This document shows, one piece after another, positions 52,443 to 64,000 of a DNA stretch of 64,000 nucleotides. Every line of letters begins with the position of its first letter. Within the stretch, counting starts at the first letter, position 1. The position numbers and the translations under genes were made by a program. Source of the stretch: the human T2T-CHM13v2.0 reference genome, Homo sapiens. The notes below the pieces were generated by a model. It was not told the DNA's origin, did not search any database, and saw only the letters and a program-made list of their open reading frames with translations. The DNA is taken from NCBI RefSeq assembly GCF_009914755.1, contig NC_060936.1. One strand, given 5' to 3'.

Positions 52443-52993
52443 TCTCCAAAAACAATCTTTTGGTTGAAAAGTCAAATTTCCTTTTCACAGTTAAAGAGTA
52501 GAGATCCTGACTCCTTTATCCAATCTTACTGGAAAGAACTGGCAGGTTAGACATCATGAATGAGTTAAATTTTACAGTCCACCACATAGAACAAATGTTT
52601 GGGTTGCCTCAGAATTAATATTAACATGCCCTAATAAGCCCTAGACAAATTCCTGGTATTTTCATAGATTAAGAAGACCTTAGAAACAATGGACTGAATT
52701 TACAGACAACTGAGACCTGAATAACAATCGAGAAGACATATAAAATAGTTCTATTTTCTTCTTTCTTAAATTTCCAGATGAATATGCTAAAAAGCAAGGG
52801 CAGTTCTGAGCAGGACTAAAGAAACCACATTTTTATTTTTTAACAAAAGAAGTAATACTTCATGGCCAAAAAGAATCCTCCTCTAGAAGTTTAATTACCA
52901 TGTCTGCATTGGCAGAGAATAACATGTTTGGGAAACTGTCAATATTGCAACGGAAAGCAAATAATCATACTTCAGAAAATTCAACATCTATGA

Positions 52994-53390
<397 letters not shown>

Positions 53391-54668
53391 AGAAATATTT
53401 TTTATAGCTGACAAAGAGCAGGTTGATGTGGAAAATAAAAATAAACATAGTTCCTGGTCATATGCAACTGTAATTGACACGCATTATGTTTGGCATGGTG
53501 TCTTGGAGAAGTCCCTTCATTTATAGATGTTAACTGATTCCCAGAGAGGGAAACTAACCTGTTAGAGGTCATTATTGATAGTTCGTAGCATCAGGATGGA
53601 ATTCTGAACATTTCTTATTAACTATTATCATTGTTAAATTATGTTTTAAAAAACTTATTTCATAAAGAGAGAGCCTAAACATACAAATATTATTTTTTTG
53701 ATATTTGCTTCTTAGAGAAACACTCTCAGCACTTACTTTTACCCTAATCAATGGATAATTCATTGAATAAAAGAGGAAATAGAACATTAAAACCCTGATT
53801 AGAATTTGCACAAGCAAGATATTTCATTTTCCTTATTTTTTTTGTAAACCAGAATTATAATGAAAAAAAAATGAAAACCTGAGATAATCATACCAGCTGA
53901 TCAATACATTCTCTTCCTGAAGGCCGAATCCACATAGAAAGACAAAGAAGTTGTTTGGTAAGCATGGATTCAAAGTGAGGAAAGTAAACTGAGAGATTTA
54001 GAGTCTGAGGTTAGTAACTAATGGTAACCTCAGACATGCCTTTGAATGGGCCAGATATTAGCAGTTTCTCCTCTGAACAATATAAGAAAAATCCCTGAAA
54101 ATAAGATAACTTGTTTTGATCAAAATAGATACCAATAGATACCAAGAACTCTTTCAGAATTCTTTACTGGGTATTGCTACTACTGCTTACTACTAGTTAT
54201 TACCACTACTACTGCTGTCACACGATGACTAGCTACCAATTTTTTTTAAGCAGACAATACATCAGATGCTGCACATCTATTATTACATTCAATCTATATG
54301 ACAGTTGTAGGGAAGGGTATTATCCTCCAGGGGTTAAGTAAAATAGTGGAAATTTGGAGTAAGAGGATAGCATAGTCCTTAATTTACCATCTGGAAAGGA
54401 GACCAAATTGACTCAAGTACAAGAAACCCAAGTGTCCTTTAACTCAAGAGTCAGGCACACAGTTTTAGTGCAATTACTGAGGGAGGTGCAGATCATAAAG
54501 ACTATCACCTTGGAAGTTGATTGTTAACAGTATCATACTATCATTAGCAGTAAAGGAGCAATTATCACAGTTAATAAAACCACATTAAAATATGTGACAG
54601 ATAAAGAAAGCACAATAGGATAAATTTAATGGGCTATATTTCTTGCCAAATTTTATATTGGGTGTTAG

Positions 54669-55050
<382 letters not shown>

Positions 55051-55499
55051 TGACATTTGCTTCTTTGAAGCACTGTGATTTTACATTATTCCGGTAATTT
55101 ATAGTTCCTAGAAAATATGTTTTTTTTTCTCTTAAAGCATATATGACCTTCTAAGTATATTTTTACATAGCACTATTTTAATTTACAAATATAAATTTCC
55201 ATTGTAATTTAAAATAAACTACTTTTGTACTATTAGTGAAAAGTTTAAGTTTGTTCCACAGTATCTCTCTCTGCCCCGCAGAACCCCACTCTCTCTTCTT
55301 TCATATCTCCCTCTGATAACCAGCCCTCACTTTCTAGACCATATTCCTTCTACAGGATGCTCTGTTATTTGCAGCCCCATGCCACTTCAGCTGTTGCATC
55401 TGTGAGTTTGATGCTGTTATTGATTCATCTTTCCCTACCCTTTGCTCTTACCATTTCCATTCTTATATACTATACTGGGGAATCCAAGTGATACTGTGA

Positions 55500-55740
55500 T
55501 TTTAATGTGAGTTTTGAAGTTGAGTTTATCTAAATGAAAATCTCAGGTTGAAAGCTTAATTACTTATCAAGTATATGACATTCAGCTGTGAACTTTTCTG
55601 AACCTTGAGTTTCTCATATATAAAATAAGGATAATAATAGCTGTTATGTAGGACTGTTGTGAGGATCAAATTAGAGTCTACAATGTACCAGGTGCCCTGC
55701 CTGATACAGAGCAGGTGCTCCAAAATAAGTAGCTAATAAG
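55500..55740 (+). mobile_element. MIR
   Basis: CTTGAGTTTCTCATATATAAAATAAGGATAATAATAG..TGTTGTGAGGATCAAAT. Confidence 0.7.
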
Positions 55741-56415
55741 GGTGCTGGAGGAGAAGCCCCTTGATCTGGGAGGCAGGAGAAGTGTTGCCTCTTACCGAGA
55801 GCCCCTGGTACTCTATACTGGTCTAGGCTGGCAGCTTTCTCTGTTCTCCTTCCTGGGTTATTCTTACTTAACTGTATCAGAAGTCTCCAGCCCCCTGGTG
55901 TTTCTCCAACTTAAGTATGCATACCTTAACTCACAAGCTTGGTGAAAAGTATAGAATTGTGTCTCTCCCAGCCCCTAAGAAGAGATTCTGATTTCATTGC
56001 TTCTGAGGTAGGGTCCAGAAAGCCGTATTTTTATCATAGTGTTTCTAGTTTCAAGCCAGGATTAGGGACCACTGTATTAAAAGCACTACCGTGACCACAG
56101 GGTCACTGACGTCTCTGGTCACTCTCCACATTGGTCTTAAAGTTACAACAGGCCTAGGCTTAAGGCTGGTTTCTTTCCAGTCCTTTTTGGGTCCCTCTTC
56201 TTTCTCTTGCTTCTGGACCTAGCACCCTAGAAAGGGGCTATTTACATTGTCATTTTGGTTTTTGATAGGATAAAAGAGATGCTGGGTATAAATGCCTCTT
56301 TTAAGCTTTTCCCTGGTATCAAAATCCCTCTTTCTCTAGGACCATGGTTCTCAAAGTGTGGGCCTAACCAGCAGTATTGGCATCAGCTGGAGATTTTTCA
56401 GAAATGCGGATTATC

Positions 56416-56812
56416 ATGTTTGTTGGCCGCATAAATGTCTTCTTTTGAGAAGTGTCTGTTCCTATTTTTTGCCCAAGCCATCATTCTCAGCAAACTAACA
56501 CAGGAACAGAAAACCAAACCCCGCATGTTCTCACTCATAAGTGGGAATTGAACAATGAGAACACATGGACACAGGGAGGGGAACATCACACACCGGGGCC
56601 TGTCAGGGATCGGGGGAAAGGGGAGGGAGAGCATTAGGACAAATACCTAATGCATGCGGGGCTTAAAACCTAGATGACGGGTTGATGGGTGCAGCAAACC
56701 ACCATGGCACATGTATACCTATGTAACAAACCTGCGTGTTCTGCACATGTATCTCAGAACTTAAATTATAATTAAAATAAATAAAGCACATTTTTGAAAC
56801 TGAAAAAAAAAC
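56416..56812 (+). mobile_element. 5'-inverted, truncated L1PA (PA7/8-like) insertion
   Basis: Antisense L1 piece 56416-56475, sense 3' end 56476-56785; TSD AAATGC(G/A)GATTATC at 56402-56415 and 56813-56826. Confidence 0.9.
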
Positions 56813-56876
56813 AAATGCAGATTATCTGGTACTACCTTAGACTTACTGAATCAAAAACTCTGAAGGTGGGACCTAG

Positions 56877-59304
<2,428 letters not shown>

Positions 59305-60079
59305 CCCAGTCTGCATTTTAATAAGCCCTCCAGGTCATTCTGATGCTTACTAAATTCTCAAGAATCTTTGCTTTTATGTTTTTGTAACCACCTCCCTTCT
59401 ACCACAGCTGTGGGGCAAATGAATGAGCATCTGTGTGTTAACATGAAAAGTTTTGGGTCACTGTTACTATCTTAGCAGAAAAGCCTTTTCCTTATTTGTC
59501 AATCCTTTCATAAATCCCCTACTATAGTCATGTCTTATATCACTTTAATCTAAAGGTTTGAGATAGTTGCAGAAGGTGAATAGGACCACGATGTCTATGT
59601 CAGGGCTCAAGTTTAGACAGAGATCACAGTCAAGAGTGGCTTTTGAGTGTAGTGCCCTAGACAGGAGTTTCTGGTTCATACTGAACATGAGAAAACAGGT
59701 TAAAAAAATGTTGTTGTAATGTAGAAATTGTTCAGAAATGTGGCTGAGCCTTCTCAAGAACACAAAGATGATGTGACAGTCATTTCCACTGTGAGCAGGT
59801 TTGCTTCATAATCCTTTCCTTCCCAGTAAGAGAAGATTGGGATTTAGCAGCAGCTGGGAGTCCCCTGGGAACTGTCGAGTCCCCTGTCTAGTTTGAACAA
59901 TGTTCCAGAAGGTAAAAATGACTAACGTTAAATTGCCTTAATCCAGTCATTTAAAGAAGTTATTTATCAATATTATTAGATCAATAAGATTGCCCTAACA
60001 GCAACATGTTTTTACAGGTTATAGTGCAACAGTTATTGTTGGAATCTTCTAAAGTAATACTGTGTATGAATATAGTCCC

Positions 60080-60080
60080 T

Positions 60081-60123
<43 letters not shown>

Positions 60124-60411
60124 TTGTTGGAGACACAGTCTCACTCTGTCGCCCAGGCTGGAGTACAGTGGCATGATCTCATCTCACTGCAACCTCTGCT
60201 TCCCAAGTTTAAGTGATTCCTGTGCCTCAGCCTCCTGAGTAGCTGGGATTACAGGTGTGCACCACTACACCCAGCTAATTTTTTGTATCTTTAGTAGAAT
60301 CAGGGTTTCTCCATGTTGCCCAGGCTGGTCTTGAACTCCTGACCTCAAGTGATCTGCCCGCCTCAGCCTCCCAAAGTGCTGGGATTATAGGTGTGAACCA
60401 CCACACCCAGG
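60080..60411 (-). mobile_element. AluS with (TTTA)n tail
   Basis: Full dimer; TSD TAG(T/C)CCCTTTATTT. Confidence 0.93.
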
Positions 60412-60699
60412 TAGCCCCTTTATTTTTCTTTTTAAGTCAACATTAATAGTCAAGTTATTCATTTGCTGTTGGCATACTGTGATCATATACCTCTTAACCA
60501 ATGAAGAAACTGAAGAAGTGAGGTGAGGAGATTTTGTTCTCAACAGTTGTTTCTTAAAGATTATTAAAGATAATAGGCAGCTAAGCACTTATTGTGCAGA
60601 GTGCTGTTCATAGGACTTATATGTACATACATTGTTGGGTCTTTTAATCCTTCTGACAACCTACTATTACAATCATCCTGAATTTTCAATGTCTCATTT

Positions 60700-61265
60700 G
60701 TACCCATCGGATTTTAATTTATGGAGGTGACTGAGTGATTGACATAGGTCAATGCCATAAAAAATCTATATATATTACTTACATTTCTCAAGAGAAGGGG
60801 GCATGCCTCACTACACAGGGCCACAGGAGAAGAGCCAGACTGGATGAGGAGGCAGAGGCAGGAGTGAGGAGAAAGCCTACCAGAGTCTTAACTGGGTTTC
60901 TGCAAGAAAGGCAAGGCAGGGCAGAGTCAAGAGTGTAAGCTTGGTTAGTTTGAATAATTCTGGTGGGTTCTGGGCTGTAGGAGTAATTTTTTGCTGCCTA
61001 GTATCTGGCCCTGGGATGATTTAGCACAGGAGGAATATTGGCTTAGTGTCTGGGAGTTAGATGAAGAGAGTGGGTGGGGAGGCAGACTCTGCGTTAGTTG
61101 CTTTGCATGTGAAAGGTGTGCTCCCAAGTGAGTTGTTTACTATTTTTAGGGATTAACTAGCCCTGGTAGGGGCCATCTCTCCCACATCTGTAAGTCCTGC
61201 CCTATCCCCACCTCAAGATGTCAAAACATCATAAGATAAAGAAAATAGACAGTATGATTAATATA
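60700..61265 (-). mobile_element. Old ERVL-class LTR (MER74/MER54-like) interrupting a MIR
   Basis: GGCAAGGCAGGGCAG..TAGTTTGAATAATT..TGGCCCTGGGATGAT..GGAATATTG; MIR-like sequence on both sides. Confidence 0.45.
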
Positions 61266-61688
61266 AATGAGGACACTGAGATATGAAAAGTTTAGAGAAC
61301 TGGCCCAGAATCACACAGATAGGATGTAGCAGAGCCTGGACATGAACCAGCTCAAGCTGCCTCTGAAAATCCTGTATGGCTTTGACTTTTAGACAGCCGC
61401 CTGGTTTTTGCCCTTATACCACATGACCTTTAATGATCTTAGGCACAAATAGATGATGAAATATGAAAGCAGAAATGCCTTTAATGAGTGCAAAGAGGAG
61501 AACAAAACCCTTGGAACTAGACTTTGGGAGCTTAAACTATTGGAACTGGGATCATTTAGTCTGGTGAAGGGGAAGATTAGGTGCAAGCTTGAGTGGTGAA
61601 AGACAATGACCCTGGGCTCTGAAGCACTGGGGTTTACCCTTATCTCCAGATGAAGGACGCAGGACAGAAATGAAAACGTTCCTAGGAA

Positions 61689-62311
61689 TGTACCAGCCAG
61701 GTCTGAGTCCATTCTGAGTAATCAATCACTGTGACACAGGTTTTACAAAAGAGAAAAGTTTTATTCGCAAGGCTGCCAAGTGAGGAGGTGGGAGAACAAC
61801 TCTCATGTCCACCTCTCCAAATATAAGTCTTACAGATATTTATGGGTTAGGGAAGTGGAGTGGTCTAAGGTATGGGGAAAGGTGACTGGCAGTGAGGAAC
61901 AGTGAAATAACAGGTCCCTTCTGTGCAGGCACAATCAGGGTTCATGGCATTCCATAAAATACATGTACAGAAAATGGCAGCATTAGCATGATCTGAGGGT
62001 GGAGTTTTTGGCTCTCTGATGTCAAAAGCCCCCTTCTTGGGCACTTGTTCAGGCCCATTTGAAGAGTTAGTGGTCTCAACAGGTTTGAACCGGACAGGAG
62101 TTGGGTCCAGTTCCTGAAAAACTACTGAAATGACCATTACCATGATGACACATGAATGTTATCTATAAAGTAGCCAGTGAAGGTTAAGTTTCAGTGTTTA
62201 GCAGTAGCCTTCAGCTACCAGGACCTTCGTCTTCATGGAAAAAGGAAAAAAGTTAAGTGACCAAAAGCAAGCAGGGCAGGTGGACCTGATCAAATTAACC
62301 CCTTGATTTCA
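61689..62311 (-). mobile_element. ERV1-class solo LTR (family not assigned)
   Basis: TG...CA ends; 4-bp TSD GGAA at 61685-61688 and 62312-62315; minus-strand AATAAA near 61760; AAAATGGC and GAGGGTGGAGTTTTTGG motifs typical of MER4-group LTRs. Confidence 0.75.
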
Positions 62312-64000
62312 GGAACACTGATTGTAATATAGTGCTGGGTTGCCAATTAAAGACATAAATCTATGTTTCAGGAATCAGTTCTTTTCCCTTCCCCCCACCA
62401 AAGTCTGTGCTTTTCTACTGCTCTTATCTTCTAATACATATTATAATAAAGTACAGAGTGATCTGGAATTATATCTTCAAGACCCTTTCTTTTATATTAT
62501 TCTACCTTAAATAACGTGGCATCTTACATTTGCAAAGGGTTTACATTTTACTTCGTTACTTGCCAATGCAAGATATATTACATTATCATTCTATATCATT
62601 TTAAAACAGATTCCAAATCTCCATTCTTGAGGGAAATTTATTACCCATCATAGAATATGGAGCTGAGAAGGGGATGGTCAAGGCCCTGTACTTCCGAGGT
62701 CACATGAGAGAATAGGGGTCTATATAGTCTCTGAAAGATTAGAGTTTCTTGTCTTCAATATGATCACAGAGTTTATTACTCAAATGTTTATGATCATTAT
62801 GAAAACAGATGACTCACCTTATCAATGGTCCCTTTCTTTTTTCTTTTTTCTTTTTTTCACCTCAAAATGTCTACTTTTAGTTGATGGCCCCATAGATCTA
62901 GGTGGTGTGGCTATACCTGTACCAAACCTAGGGGCAGAGTGAGGGTCTTGATGGTTGGTACAGTCTTTCAAGATGCATGACACAGCTTGCAAATGAGCCA
63001 GGGTCAATCTTGCTACTCCATCAAGTACCACCTTCCTTTCCCCAGGCTTGCAGAATTTGCCTTATTAAAGATATGGAATTGTTCTTCCTGCTGTTCAACC
63101 CCAAAGACCTTCTTTCTCCTTTCCTCCTCTCATTGGCCTATTACCTCCTTAATCAATTCAGGCTTTCAAAACCAAAAGTTGATAAGAGGCATTATCTTTG
63201 AACACATCTTTCTTCGGCTTTGGAACTCAAATACACTGAACCCAAAAGCTTTTACTATTTTAATGAGGGAAGAAAAAAATACAGTGAGATCAAAATGCAA
63301 ATTAGTATCTCAATAAACCACCCTACCATCCTGCTTATAGACTCAGAGAAAGGTTGTACTATATTCCACATCAACAAGATGCTACAAATCTATTCTTAGT
63401 GAGACTTCAACCTAAAATTGCCATCTGCCATCATCCTGCTGCCTCCAATAAAGGTTTTTATAATTGCTAGAGACCAGCTGGTCATTTCTCTCATTATTCA
63501 ATGCAAATATGTTATATAAAGAGAGTATAACATGAAATAACATTTCAAAATATAATGTCACATTAGAAAAAATACCAACAGAATGCATTTTTTGGCCATG
63601 GGACTAAAAACAGCTTGTTGGAACTCATTTTGTTTGTTATAACTAAGCCACTCTGGAATAATTTCTTCTTTTCCAATGTGTAATGGTTCATTTCATGCAT
63701 GGAACAACTGTAATGAAAACAGCTCTTTACTAAGTCTTTGCCTTTTGGCTTTAAATTGCAATTAAAATAACATTACTTAGATCTTAGTTGTCCTCCATCT
63801 CTACCTCTGATGCTTAGGTTGTGGTATCTATCTAAAATTCTTTGCCTCATATAGAAATATGTGAGAAGCTGAGAAAATCAATTTTAATGAAAGACAGGAT
63901 AGGAGAAAAACAGATAGGATTTTAAAAACTCAGCGATTGCAAAAAAGCTTTTAAGGAGAAGCAACAACCATCATGAAATGCTTCAATAAAGGAATTAAAG

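Overview
Human genomic DNA: it carries an SVA with SVA_E-type diagnostics and an AluYa5, both human-specific subfamilies. The window is AT-rich, repeat-dense and looks intergenic or deep-intronic. I recognise no known protein-coding gene; most ORFs in the track are artefacts of Alu, SVA-VNTR, LTR or antisense-L1 sequence. Main content: (1) an old full-span L1MA-type LINE (18.9-27.6 kb) that split a MIR and itself hosts a full-length ~2.66-kb SVA; (2) a THE1A-type MaLR provirus; (3) solo LTRs (MER52, MST, THE1B, MLT1, LTR16 and an unassigned ERV1) and ten Alus; (4) an L1MD-like 5' half and L1PA 3' fragments; (5) many MIR/L2/L3/MER5/MER58 relics; (6) a GC-rich 3'-UTR-only processed pseudogene with a clear TSD. 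Most notable observations: a TSD-less chimeric AluY/AluSx that looks like the scar of an Alu-Alu recombination deletion; a twin-primed L1 with a 17-nt 3' transduction; several templated-duplication junction scars; a ~135-bp monomer array in the old L1 5' UTR; a diverged ~145-bp local duplication; and a speculative minus-strand spliced transcript/ORF downstream of the MER52 LTR. Subfamily calls come from remembered consensus features, not alignments, and boundaries of the old repeats are approximate. No novel biological system can be established from the sequence alone.
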